64,000 nt of DNA. Origin: an uncultured Rhodospirillaceae bacterium. Its GTDB lineage: Bacteria > Pseudomonadota > Alphaproteobacteria > GCA-2731375. The notes under the pieces were generated by a model, which ran no database searches, was not told where the DNA came from, and was given only the letters and a program-made list of their open reading frames with translations. The stretch lies in the NCBI GenBank assembly GCA_964344935.1, contig CAYFPL010000001.1:1276303-1340302 (forward strand), read 5' to 3'. Of this stretch, positions 38,162 through 47,847 are shown piece by piece. The translations under genes were made by a program, and so were the position numbers. Each line of letters starts with the position of its first letter. Within the stretch, counting starts at the first letter, position 1.

Positions 38162-39635
38162 GGGCTGCCTCCGCCGACCTGCGGCCGATAACCCGGGTCA
38201 TTGTGCTGGCCTGTCCGTTGGCCTCGTGCATGGCTTTTTCCAGCAAGGCCTGGGCTGTCCGAAGACGATAGGCAGCGCTTGCCCGCATGTCATCGATGGG
38301 CGTGTAGTCCCGCGCCAGAACCTCGGCCGCCGATAGCCATGCCGCTTCGTCCCGAAGCGAAAGGCCAATCAGCGCTTTTTCCGTCAGCGGCGCCCGCTTC
38401 GGCGTCGCGGCCATGCCGCCGAAAGCAATGCGCCCATTGGCGATGTGACCATCCTGGATCCTGAATTTGAAGGCGCCGAGCAAGCCGGAAATATCCTGAT
38501 CAAACCGCTTTGATATCTTGTAGCAACGGAAAATCTCACCATCCTTCAAGTGCGGCACCTGAACGCCAGCGACGAACTCGCCAGCACGAAGATCCTGACG
38601 GCCGTAATCGATGAAATAGTCTTCCAACGGCAGCATGCGCGTCGCCGTACCCTGGCGCAGGTGCAGTTCTGCGCCCAGGGCGATCAGCGCCGGCGGGGTA
38701 TCGCCGATCGGTGAACCGTTGGCGATATTGCCCCCTACGGTACCGGCGGCGCGCACCTGTTTCGAACCGATCCGGCGCAATAATTCGCCGAAGTCGGGAT
38801 CGATTGCGGCCAAGGCGGCCTCTGCCTGGGAGTATGTTGCGCCAGCGCCAATATGGACGCTGTCGGCCGCTTCCTTGATCGTCGCCAGTTCCGCCACGCG
38901 CCCCACGTGGATGATCTTAGGCAGTTGGCGCAATTGCTTGGTGATCCAAAGCCCAACATCCGTGGCGCCAGCGACGATCACGGCATCGGGATGCGCTTCA
39001 ATCGTCGCGGCAAGACTATCCATGGATGCCGGTGCGGCGAAAAATCCGGCACCATCACCGATCAACAGGTCGTTGCCGTCGTTCAATTCAGCTAGCTGAA
39101 TCGTAGTTCGCGCGCGGCGGGCGGCGAAACCGTCATCTGCGGGGCCGGCGCAAGCCTCCCGCCCAGCATCGACGATCGGACGATAGCCCGTGCAACGGCA
39201 AAGGTTGCCCGCTAGATAGTCATTCACCGTCTGCCGGTCGGCCTCCCCTGGGTCATGATAAAGCGTGAAGAGCGTCATCACGATACCCGGCGTACAAAAG
39301 CCGCATTGGCTGCCGTGATGGCGCAACATGGCTTCCTGTACTGGATGCAGGTGATCATCGCCCGCGGCAAGATCCTCTATCGTGACCAGTTCCTTGCCGT
39401 CGATCATGCCTAGAAGCTGTATGCAGGCATTGACCGGTTCATAAACCAGGACGCCATCGCGGCACGAGCCCAAGGCCACCGTACAGGCGCCGCAATCTCC
39501 TTCGGCACAACCTTCCTTGGTCCCAACGGCGCCCCGGCGCAAACGCAGATAGTCCAGTAAGGTCTCGTCCGGACCCACGTCGGCCAATTCGACGATTTCG
39601 CCGCGGTGAAGGAACCTTAGTAAGCCGCGCGCCAT
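38151..39635 (-). CDS. xdhA: Xanthine dehydrogenase small subunit (2Fe-2S and FAD-binding)
   Basis: Ferredoxin-type cysteine motif CAEGDCGACTV and CGFCTPG, followed by a FAD-binding domain. Confidence 0.9.
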   Translation of the reverse strand: MARGLLRFLHRGEIVELADVGPDETLLDYLRLRRGAVGTKEGCAEGDCGACTVALGSCRDGVLVYEPVNACIQLLGMIDGKELVTIEDLAAGDDHLHPVQEAMLRHHGSQCGFCTPGIVMTLFTLYHDPGEADRQTVNDYLAGNLCRCTGYRPIVDAGREACAGPADDGFAARRARTTIQLAELNDGNDLLIGDGAGFFAAPASMDSLAATIEAHPDAVIVAGATDVGLWITKQLRQLPKIIHVGRVAELATIKEAADSVHIGAGATYSQAEAALAAIDPDFGELLRRIGSKQVRAAGTVGGNIANGSPIGDTPPALIALGAELHLRQGTATRMLPLEDYFIDYGRQDLRAGEFVAGVQVPHLKDGEIFRCYKISKRFDQDISGLLGAFKFRIQDGHIANGRIAFGGMAATPKRAPLTEKALIGLSLRDEAAWLSAAEVLARDYTPIDDMRASAAYRLRTAQALLEKAMHEANGQASTMTRVIGRRSAEAAHVH

Positions 39636-39637
39636 GA

Positions 39638-39991
39638 CTAGCTTCCCCGGTAAGTGGAATAGCCATAAGGCGAGAGCAGCAGTGGCACATGGTAGTGCGC
39701 GCCGGCGTCGGCCACGCCGAAACGGATGGGCACCACGTCCAGGAACGGCGGCTCGGTCAGGGCCGCGGACTGCCGCTTCAAGTATGGGCCTGCAAGGAAG
39801 CGAAGCTCGTAGGTACCGGTGGCAAAATCCCCGCCCTCCAACAATGGCGCATCGACCCGGCCGTCGGCGTTGGTCTGCGCCGTCTTGAGGAGAGTTGGCT
39901 CCGCCTCGTCTAGGCGCCAGAGTTCGACGGTCAAACCGTCGGCGGGCTTACCCGTCGCCAGATCCAGCACGTGCGTGGTCAGTCCACCCAT
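39638..39991 (-). CDS. uraH: 5-hydroxyisourate hydrolase (transthyretin-like)
   Basis: 117 aa from ATG 39991. LTTHVLD N-terminus and the C-terminal YRGS tetrapeptide typical of HIU hydrolases. Confidence 0.8.
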   Translation of the reverse strand: MGGLTTHVLDLATGKPADGLTVELWRLDEAEPTLLKTAQTNADGRVDAPLLEGGDFATGTYELRFLAGPYLKRQSAALTEPPFLDVVPIRFGVADAGAHYHVPLLLSPYGYSTYRGS

Positions 39992-40102
39992 TTGTCCGGT
40001 TCCACCCTGTTGTCCGCCGTTGCCCGGCTTATTCCTTGCGTTTCCACAACTATCAACCAATCGACATTATGGAAAAAGAACTAAATCGTCGTACTACGAC
40101 TG

Positions 40103-41335
40103 TCATGCCAGCATTTCCGCGATCGACAGCGCAATGACGGCGGCGGCATCATGCAACAAATGCACCGGCAACCGTTCATCCGCCCGATGGGCGTTTGCAT
40201 CTTCGATGCTCCTCGGCCCGGCCCCGTAGAGGATGGTGGGGATGCCATGGGCCGTGTAATGGCGGGCATCTGTGTAGAGTGGCACACCAGCTTGAGGAAT
40301 TTCCTCGCCGAGGACCGCGCTGGCGTGCTTTTGCACTACGCCGGCCAGGCGCTCCACATCGCCCACGGGACGGAGTGGCTCGGCCAGCATAATGCGCTCC
40401 ACCGCTATTTCGATCCCTTGCCGCCCCATGGCCGCACGGCTAATCAGGACGCGCATATCCGCCTCGACGTCGCCGGCATCCTCTTCCGGGATCAATCGCC
40501 TATCGAGGCGCAGGCTGACCCGATCCGGCACCACGTTTGTGTTAATGCCGCCTTCGATCAGACCTACATTCAATTGCGGCGAACCGATGCCTGCGATGGC
40601 GGATGTGCGCTCCGACAGCAGGCTGCGATGATCGTAGATGGCAGCCAGGATGCCGGTGGCGGCTTCCAGGGCATCATGACCTGTATCGGGCTTGGCGGCG
40701 TGGGCGGATTTGCCCTTCACCTCCACTTCCAAGTGCAAACAGCCGTTGTGGCAGGTGATAACGCCATAAGAGAAACCGGCTGATATGGCATAGTCCGGCT
40801 TGGAGATGCCTTCCTCGATCAGCCATTTCGGGCCGATGGCGCCGCCGGCCTCCTCGTCGTAGGTGAAATGCAATTCCACTGCGCCGTTGAGCTTGGCGTC
40901 GGTGTCCTGCAGGGCCTTGAGGGCAAAGGCATAGGTCGCGAAATCCGACTTCGATACCGCCGCGCCGCGACCATACATCCAGCCGTCGACGATGTCGCCG
41001 GCATAGGGATCCTGGCTCCAGCCCTCGCCTGGAGCGACCACATCGCCATGGGCATTCAGGGCGATGACCGGGCCGTCTCCAAAGCGATGGCGGACGATTA
41101 GATTTGTCGCCGAGATCATGCCGTTGTCCCGGCACAAAGCTACAGGAACTGGGTGGTGCTCCACTTCGAAGTCCATGGCCTCCAGCAACGCCGCCGCCCG
41201 CTCTCCATGCGGGGCGCAATCGCCAGGGGGATTGTCGGACGGGACCTTGACCAACTCCCGCAGAAAGGCAACCTGGTCCTCCCGGTGCGACTTGAGCCAG
41301 TGGATCACAGCTTGTTCGGTTTCAGCCATGGCCAT
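40103..41335 (-). CDS. M20-family metallohydrolase (ArgE/DapE/ACY1-like)
   Basis: 410 aa with M20 peptidase family similarity. Start ATG abuts the stop of the upstream allantoate amidohydrolase gene. Confidence 0.75.
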   Translation of the reverse strand: MAMAETEQAVIHWLKSHREDQVAFLRELVKVPSDNPPGDCAPHGERAAALLEAMDFEVEHHPVPVALCRDNGMISATNLIVRHRFGDGPVIALNAHGDVVAPGEGWSQDPYAGDIVDGWMYGRGAAVSKSDFATYAFALKALQDTDAKLNGAVELHFTYDEEAGGAIGPKWLIEEGISKPDYAISAGFSYGVITCHNGCLHLEVEVKGKSAHAAKPDTGHDALEAATGILAAIYDHRSLLSERTSAIAGIGSPQLNVGLIEGGINTNVVPDRVSLRLDRRLIPEEDAGDVEADMRVLISRAAMGRQGIEIAVERIMLAEPLRPVGDVERLAGVVQKHASAVLGEEIPQAGVPLYTDARHYTAHGIPTILYGAGPRSIEDANAHRADERLPVHLLHDAAAVIALSIAEMLA

Positions 41336-42568
41336 TCACTCCTCCAGCTCGTCCAATACGGCCAGCATGATGCGAATTCCCGCGGCGATATCGGTCTCGC
41401 TGGTACGTTCCGCCGGGTTATGGCTTACGCCACCGTCGCTACGCAGAAAAATCATTCCTACATCGCAAAGTTCCGTCATGGCGGCGGCATCATGACCGGC
41501 GCCGCTGGTCATCCTGACGGGCTGAATGCCGCAGGCGGTTACCGCCCGTTCAATGGCATCCATCATATTGGGCGCACATGGGGCAGATGTCGCCTCGTGA
41601 AATACATTGATACGCGCCTCTGCTCCGCGCTTGTCCGCCGCGGCGCGAATGGCGCGGATGATGGCTGCGACCGCGTCTCGTCGCGACGCATCCTCCCTGG
41701 CGCGCACATCCACGGTAAAATTGACTTCACCTGGAATGACGTTGATGGCGCCAGGCGCAGTACGCATGATACCTACCGTCCCGACGACGTCTTCCATCCC
41801 GGCACAAATTTCCTCCACCGCCAACACGCCCTGGGCAGCCACCGTCAAGGCGTCCTTGCGCAAGGTCATGGGCACCGTACCAGCATGTCCCGCCTCGCCT
41901 GTAACGACGACAGACAACCGGGTCTGGCCATTGATTGCAGTGACGATGCCCGCCGGCAGGCCCAGGGATTCCAGTACCGGGCCCTGTTCGATATGCAGTT
42001 CCAGAAAGGCTTTCACGTCCTCGGGGCCGCGGGCCGCCTGTCCGATCTGCTCCGCATCCAGGCCGAAGTCCGAAAGGGCTTGGCGAAAACTGACCTCGTC
42101 GCCGTCGGTCCGCTCCAATGTCTCGGGATCCAATTTTCCGGCCAAGGCACGGCTGCCCAGATAGGTGGTGCCGAAACGAACCCCTTCTTCATCGCCAAAT
42201 CCTATGACCTCGATAGGGTAGGATTTCCGTTTTCCGGTCCGGGATAGGGCCTGGACACAGGCAATGCCGCACAAAACCCCCAGCATGCCGTCAAACTTGC
42301 CCGCATTGACCACCGTGTCCAAATGGGAGCCGATCAACAATGCCGGACTACCGGGCTGGGAGCCCTCGTATCGGCCGACGATGTTGCCGGCCGCATCCTG
42401 GCGGCTCTCCATTCCTGCGGCCGCCATCCATTCACCCACCAGTCTATTCACCCGGCGATGCTCGTCCGTCAGGTAGCGGCGTGTGAGGATGTCGGCGTCT
42501 TCACTCACTGCCGCCAGCTTGTCGATGCGCTGCATGACCTCGCAGGCCAATGCTTCAGCCGAATTCAT
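41336..42568 (-). CDS. allC: Allantoate amidohydrolase / N-carbamoyl-amino-acid hydrolase (M20 family)
   Basis: M20 AllC/HyuC family similarity (LIGSHLDTV, GFGDEEG). Start ATG 42568 (MNSAEALACEV). Confidence 0.75.
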   Translation of the reverse strand: MNSAEALACEVMQRIDKLAAVSEDADILTRRYLTDEHRRVNRLVGEWMAAAGMESRQDAAGNIVGRYEGSQPGSPALLIGSHLDTVVNAGKFDGMLGVLCGIACVQALSRTGKRKSYPIEVIGFGDEEGVRFGTTYLGSRALAGKLDPETLERTDGDEVSFRQALSDFGLDAEQIGQAARGPEDVKAFLELHIEQGPVLESLGLPAGIVTAINGQTRLSVVVTGEAGHAGTVPMTLRKDALTVAAQGVLAVEEICAGMEDVVGTVGIMRTAPGAINVIPGEVNFTVDVRAREDASRRDAVAAIIRAIRAAADKRGAEARINVFHEATSAPCAPNMMDAIERAVTACGIQPVRMTSGAGHDAAAMTELCDVGMIFLRSDGGVSHNPAERTSETDIAAGIRIMLAVLDELEE

Positions 42569-43430
42569 GCAGGGCCTCGTGGGAATTCTCGATGCGTGCG
42601 AGTCTGTTGCGACCCCGGGCACCCATTTCCCGCATGACCGCCATGGCGTGGAAATGCATTAGCGACATGACGCCGGCATATCGATCAAAGGCGTCCGCAC
42701 CACGTATGGGACAGCGAACAGTCCAATCGGCCGAACCGCTGCCGCCCGCATCCTGGTCAGTAAAGTAAAGGGTCGCCGCGCCCGCATCCCGTACCAAGGC
42801 CAGGGTTTCCGAGACGGCCCTGACACGACGACGGAAGCCGAGGAGAATGGCCATGTCCGTCTCGTTAAGGTCTGCCAACGATTCCGCCATTGTCTCGCCG
42901 CCCCGGGGCAGAAGATGCACATCATCGCGCACTTGAATCAGTTGCCAGCGCAGATAACCGGCCAGGTATTGGCTATTCCGCCAGCCGATCACGAATACCC
43001 GGTCCGCTTCGCAAATGGCCTTGATACTGGCGGCGAATGCGCCGGCATCGACGCCATCCAGAGATTGGGACAACAAAGCCGCGTCCTGGCGCAAATGATC
43101 GTGGGCCAATGTGCCGAAATCCTGATCGTCCCCGTCCATCTGATCCCGGTTCAACAGATACAGGGGCGACCCGGCCCTGGTATCGTCGCGGGCCGCCCGG
43201 CGCATGGCCTCAAACCCGGCATAGCCAAGCCGGTGGCACAACCGGGTCACCGCGGCCTTAGAGGCGCCGGCAAGCTGAGCCAGTTCGGTCGCGGAATAAC
43301 TGGCAATCTGCCCCGGAAAATCCATGATCAGGTCACCAACTTTGCGCTCGCTTTCCGGCAAGGCGCCATAGTGGGCACGAATACGGGATTCGAGCGCTGA
43401 CTCCAGGACTGGCGATTGCGGCTGGCTCAT
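42555..43430 (-). CDS. MurR/RpiR-family transcriptional regulator (HTH plus SIS domain)
   Basis: N-terminal HTH (ATELAQLAGASKAAVTRLCHRLGYAGF) and a C-terminal SIS sugar-isomerase-like domain. Divergent from the adenine deaminase gene. Confidence 0.8.
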   Translation of the reverse strand: MSQPQSPVLESALESRIRAHYGALPESERKVGDLIMDFPGQIASYSATELAQLAGASKAAVTRLCHRLGYAGFEAMRRAARDDTRAGSPLYLLNRDQMDGDDQDFGTLAHDHLRQDAALLSQSLDGVDAGAFAASIKAICEADRVFVIGWRNSQYLAGYLRWQLIQVRDDVHLLPRGGETMAESLADLNETDMAILLGFRRRVRAVSETLALVRDAGAATLYFTDQDAGGSGSADWTVRCPIRGADAFDRYAGVMSLMHFHAMAVMREMGARGRNRLARIENSHEALHEFG

Positions 43431-43479
43431 GGCTTGCTTTCAGGTAGCCGGGTATCCATGTGAAACCTAAACCAAAGGC

Positions 43480-43523
43480 AATTGAAATTACAATTTCAAT
43501 TTTCGTGATTTTGAAAACAAAAT
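43480..43523. promoter_or_regulatory. Two candidate operators in the divergent promoter: AATTGAAATT-ac-AATTTCAATT (43480-43501) and ATTTTG-aaaa-CAAAAT (43508-43523)
   Basis: Perfect inverted repeats read directly in the 138-bp AT-rich gap between the RpiR regulator and the adenine deaminase gene. Confidence 0.45.
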
Positions 43524-43598
43524 TTTATATCATGGTTTGGCTGTCCGGCACGAGGATAGTGACAGACTGTGGCTCAGGTGATTGGGGATCGACGACAG

Positions 43599-45308
43599 AT
43601 GGTTGACAACGCGGCGATCTTGGCCCGGCGAATTGATCAAGCCCTGGGCCGCGTGCCTGCCGATCTTGTTGTAAAGAACACCCGTTACCTGAATGTCATC
43701 GACGGCGCCATGGTGGAAGGCGATATCGCCATCGCCGGCGACACCATCGTCGGTGTACAGGCGGATTACCGGGGGAATCAGGAAATTGACGGCCGCGGTA
43801 AGGTGGTGGTGCCGGGTTTCATTGATACTCATGTCCATGTGGAAAGCACCTGCATCTCACCCTGGCAGTTCGACCAGGTGGTATTGCCCCGTGGCACCAC
43901 CACGGCAATCTGCGATCCCCATGAAATCTGCAACGTCTTGGGCACCAGAGGTCTGGAGTACTTCTTTTCTGCCTCGGAAAACCTGGTCATGGATCTCCGT
44001 GTCCAGCTTTCCAGTTGCGTACCGGCAAGCCACCTGGAAACCTCCGGTGCGGTCATGACGGCGGCTGATCTCCTCCCTTACAAGGACCACCCCAATGGCA
44101 TCGGCCTGGCCGAGTTCATGAATTATCCAGGCCTTCTGGAGAAGGACGGGGAGGTATTGGCAAAACTCGCCGCCTTTTTCGGCAGCCATATCGACGGCCA
44201 TGCACCCATGGTTTCGGGCCAAGACCTGAACGCCTATTGCGCCTGCGGCATCAAGAATTGCCATGAAAGCACGTCGCTTTCTGAAGCGGCCGAGAAGCTT
44301 TCGAAAGGCATGCAGGTGCTGATCCGGGACGGTTCCCTGTGCAAGGATGTGGTTACCCTGACTCCCCTGATCAATGATCTCACATCTCCCTTCCTTGCCT
44401 TCTGCACCGACGACCGCAATCCCCTGGATATCGCCGTGGAAGGCCATATGGATCATCTGATCCGCACGGCAATCGCCAACGGCGCGCCGCAAGGCGCGGT
44501 TTATCGGGCGGCAAGCTGGTCGGCGGCCCAGGGCTTCGGGCTTCGGGACCGCGGTTTAGTGGCGCCGGGATACCGGGCGGATCTGGTATTGCTGGACGAC
44601 GTCGCCGATTGCGCCGTCGCAGCCGTGATCCGCGATGGACAATTGGTGGATGAAGACGCCTTTTCCGAACATCGGCCTGAACTCTCTATCGGCCGCCGTT
44701 CCATCAAACTGGATCCAGTGGACCCGTCCATATTTGCGGTGCCGGCGCCTGGCCCCTCGGGTCCTGTCATCGGCTTGGTCCACGACGGGGTGATCACCCG
44801 CCATTTGACCATGGAACTTCCCTTCGCCGACGGCGTTCGCCTGCCCGATCCCGACAATGATGTTCTGAAAGTGGTGGTATTGAATCGCCACGGCGGCAAC
44901 CGGAATATCGGCCGCGGCTTCATCAAGGGATTCGGATTTCGGGATGCCGCGATCGCATCCAGCGTTGGCCACGACGCCCACAATGTCATCGTGGTCGGCG
45001 ACCATGACGGCGACATGGCGGTGGCGGTCAATCATCTGATCGGGATCGAGGGCGGTTTCGCGGTGGTAAAGGACGGGCAAGTGCTCGCCGATCTGCCCTT
45101 GCCGATCGCTGGTTTGATGAGCGACCGGCCAGCAGACGAAGTCGTGACGAAACTGCGGCGCCTGCGCGCCGCGGCCAAGGATATTGGCTGTCCGCTGCCG
45201 GAACCTTTTCTGCACATGGCTTTTCTACCCCTATGTGTAATACCGCACCTTAAAATCACCGACCACGGGCTTGTTGACGTGGATAAGTTTGAATTGATTG
45301 CTGCATAG
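43599..45308 (+). CDS. ade: Adenine deaminase
   Basis: Adenine deaminase family (VPGFIDTHVHVES, ~570 aa). Start ATG 43599; an alternative GTG is at 43569. Confidence 0.8.
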   Translation: MVDNAAILARRIDQALGRVPADLVVKNTRYLNVIDGAMVEGDIAIAGDTIVGVQADYRGNQEIDGRGKVVVPGFIDTHVHVESTCISPWQFDQVVLPRGTTTAICDPHEICNVLGTRGLEYFFSASENLVMDLRVQLSSCVPASHLETSGAVMTAADLLPYKDHPNGIGLAEFMNYPGLLEKDGEVLAKLAAFFGSHIDGHAPMVSGQDLNAYCACGIKNCHESTSLSEAAEKLSKGMQVLIRDGSLCKDVVTLTPLINDLTSPFLAFCTDDRNPLDIAVEGHMDHLIRTAIANGAPQGAVYRAASWSAAQGFGLRDRGLVAPGYRADLVLLDDVADCAVAAVIRDGQLVDEDAFSEHRPELSIGRRSIKLDPVDPSIFAVPAPGPSGPVIGLVHDGVITRHLTMELPFADGVRLPDPDNDVLKVVVLNRHGGNRNIGRGFIKGFGFRDAAIASSVGHDAHNVIVVGDHDGDMAVAVNHLIGIEGGFAVVKDGQVLADLPLPIAGLMSDRPADEVVTKLRRLRAAAKDIGCPLPEPFLHMAFLPLCVIPHLKITDHGLVDVDKFELIAA

Positions 45309-45423
45309 CGATTTGAAGCTATTGCGGTCACTCCGCCGTCATTGCATTCTGTGCCCTTCGTCTCAAGCCGAATATGCAAATGTCACGAATTTGCTATTTC
45401 GCCATGGCAAGTGGAGGTAGCCG

Positions 45424-46227
45424 TTGCTGACCGATGCCACCGGTCGACAGCTTTATCCAGCAGGGTCCAGCGCGCGCATCGTCTCTCTGGTCCCCAGTTT
45501 GACCGAGCTTTTGTTCGACATGGGGTTACAGAACCTATTGGTGGGTCGCACTTCGACCTGTACCGAGCCGGCTGATCTGGTGGAAAGTATTAACGTGATT
45601 GGTACGGTCCGCTCAGTTGATGTACTAGCCCTGGCCGAACTCGGTCCCAGTCATGTCCTGGTCAGCCAGACGGACACGCCGGCGACCGTGACCGAAGAGA
45701 TCGTCAACCTTGGTGTCGAGGTCATCCAGACCCATTGTAACGGCCCGGAAGACGTGGGTGCGCTCTTTGAGCTCATCGGTGGCGTATTCGGCAAATCGGA
45801 GCAAGCTGCGGCCTTGAAAAGGGAATTGGACCAGGTAATCGCACAGGCAAAAAGCCTAGCGGCACAACGCCCGGTGAAGACTGTCATATATTTAACTTGG
45901 AAGGATCCGTGGATCACCGTATCGGAGAACACCTACGCTTCCAGACTTCTCGAGATGACCGGTCTAAAGACACTTTGCCATGATCCGGAAAAAAGGTTCC
46001 CCCATGTTGAAATGAGTAGCGGCCTGTTGTCTCAAGCCGATCTGGTGCTATTGGCCAACGAACCGTTCGGATTCGAGGACGAGGATGTGCAAGACATGCA
46101 GTTGGAGTACGGCATCGGCAGCAAGCCCCTTATTGAAATCGTCGACGGCCGTGTTCTCGATTGGCCCGGCCGGCGCGCCTTCGAAGCACTGAGGGGACTG
46201 ACGCAGCTGGCCGCCCGGCTGCCGTAG
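45424..46227 (+). CDS. BtuF/TroA-like (class III periplasmic-binding-protein fold) protein, apparently lacking a signal peptide
   Basis: Similarity to cobalamin/iron-siderophore binding proteins (RIVSLVPSLTELLFDMGL). TTG start preceded by AAGTGGAGG. No hydrophobic signal sequence is visible. Confidence 0.55.
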   Translation: MLTDATGRQLYPAGSSARIVSLVPSLTELLFDMGLQNLLVGRTSTCTEPADLVESINVIGTVRSVDVLALAELGPSHVLVSQTDTPATVTEEIVNLGVEVIQTHCNGPEDVGALFELIGGVFGKSEQAAALKRELDQVIAQAKSLAAQRPVKTVIYLTWKDPWITVSENTYASRLLEMTGLKTLCHDPEKRFPHVEMSSGLLSQADLVLLANEPFGFEDEDVQDMQLEYGIGSKPLIEIVDGRVLDWPGRRAFEALRGLTQLAARLP

Positions 46228-46236
46228 TTTGGCGTC

Positions 46237-47847
46237 CTATCCGCGCAAGGCGCGCATTTGCTCCAAATAGCCGTCCGGGTCCAAGACGACATCGATCAGA
46301 CAGGGCCCTTGATCCGCCGCCGCCCCTTCGAGGGCCGCCGTTAATTCTGCCGTTGTACTGACCCGCCACGCCCGCAAACCGAAACCCTGGGCTGCGGTAG
46401 CGAAATCGGGGCGCTCCCAAATGAAGCCGAGATCAGGCAATTGCATTTCCTGCCGCTTTATATCGATCAGCGACAAGGCACCGTCGTTGAAAACAATAAC
46501 CGACACGTTCGCGCCTGTTTGAGCCGCAGTGACCAATTCGCCCATGCACATCATCAAACCACCGTCCCCGGTCATGGCGACGGCACCGCGGTCAGGGTCG
46601 TGCAAAGCGGCCGCGACCGCGGCGGGCAAGGCAAAGGCCATGCTGGCCAGGCCGTTAGATATCAAGACATCATAGGGCGCGGCGGCAGGCCAAAATGCAA
46701 CAGCCGAAAACATATGCGCGCCCGCATCGACCGCCAGACGCGGCCGCCCGTCAAAAGCCGCCACTGATCGTTTCACCACTTCCACCGGTGTCAGTTCGGG
46801 GCGGTCCTTAAAGGCCATGGCGTCGAAGAAATTGCTCCTATGATAGGCGATCTCCTCTGGCGTCCAATCGCTTGGCGGGACGTCTTCAATCAAGCTGCTG
46901 ACGCCATCAGCGATGGCCCCATAAAGACCTTGGTCGGGGATCAAATAGTGTTTGTCGTGACGCACGGCACCGAGATCCAAGACAGGCGCACTGTAGGCCC
47001 AGGGTTTGCGGATGAGCTCGACCGGATCCAGCCCCGCCAGAATGATCAGGTCCGCCTGCGAGACACAAGGATATTCCGCCTGTCCACCTGTGAAGATGCC
47101 GGCGAAGTTCGGATGATCATCGGGGATCACGCCCTTCGCCATGTAAGTGACAAACCCCGGTGCTCCCGATTGTTCCAAGAGGCGCCGGACACTGGCGCTG
47201 TTACCGCCAACCGCAGCTTCCAAACCGCAGACGATCACCGGCCGCCGGGCCCTCAGAAGCAGATCGCGCGCACCGCCCCTATCGCCGATGATCGGCGCTG
47301 CCTCGAACGAAACCGGTGGCGGCACAACATTAAGCCTGCGCTTGGCCGTGGCGCCGGTCAGTTCGATGTAGCCCGGTCCAACCGGCGGTCGGTGGAGTGT
47401 CTGCAACAGTCCGTCAAGTTCCGCGGCCGGGTCCGTACCGGAAAGCGTGGCGATGGCTTTCGTGATGGGTTCAAGAACCGCCGCCTGATCGAAGTACTGA
47501 TGGGAAACGTAGTCCCGCTCGTCAGCGCCGAAGCCGTCGGAGACGAAAACCACCGGCGCCCGATCCAGATGGGCGGAGGCAACACCGTTGGTCCCCGACG
47601 TCAGACCCGGACCTTTGGTGGCCAGGGCCAAACCAGGGGCGCCGCTTAACCAGGCGGTGACGGCTGCCATGATGGCGCCCGAATCTTCCCTCCGGCTGAG
47701 CACGAAGTCCAAACCGGCACATCTGCCGGCATCGATCAGATCCATGCTACTGCCGCCGCCGGGCACACCGAAGAACCGTTGCAGGCCCCGCGTCTTCAGA
47801 CGGTCGATCAGCAACTCGGCGACGGTAACTTCCGTTTTGGCCTTCAT
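46237..47847 (-). CDS. Thiamine-diphosphate-dependent enzyme (acetolactate synthase / benzoylformate decarboxylase-like)
   Basis: 536-aa ThDP-enzyme-like protein. The GDGG ThDP-binding motif is present (AMTGDGGLMM). Confidence 0.8.
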   Translation of the reverse strand: MKAKTEVTVAELLIDRLKTRGLQRFFGVPGGGSSMDLIDAGRCAGLDFVLSRREDSGAIMAAVTAWLSGAPGLALATKGPGLTSGTNGVASAHLDRAPVVFVSDGFGADERDYVSHQYFDQAAVLEPITKAIATLSGTDPAAELDGLLQTLHRPPVGPGYIELTGATAKRRLNVVPPPVSFEAAPIIGDRGGARDLLLRARRPVIVCGLEAAVGGNSASVRRLLEQSGAPGFVTYMAKGVIPDDHPNFAGIFTGGQAEYPCVSQADLIILAGLDPVELIRKPWAYSAPVLDLGAVRHDKHYLIPDQGLYGAIADGVSSLIEDVPPSDWTPEEIAYHRSNFFDAMAFKDRPELTPVEVVKRSVAAFDGRPRLAVDAGAHMFSAVAFWPAAAPYDVLISNGLASMAFALPAAVAAALHDPDRGAVAMTGDGGLMMCMGELVTAAQTGANVSVIVFNDGALSLIDIKRQEMQLPDLGFIWERPDFATAAQGFGLRAWRVSTTAELTAALEGAAADQGPCLIDVVLDPDGYLEQMRALRG

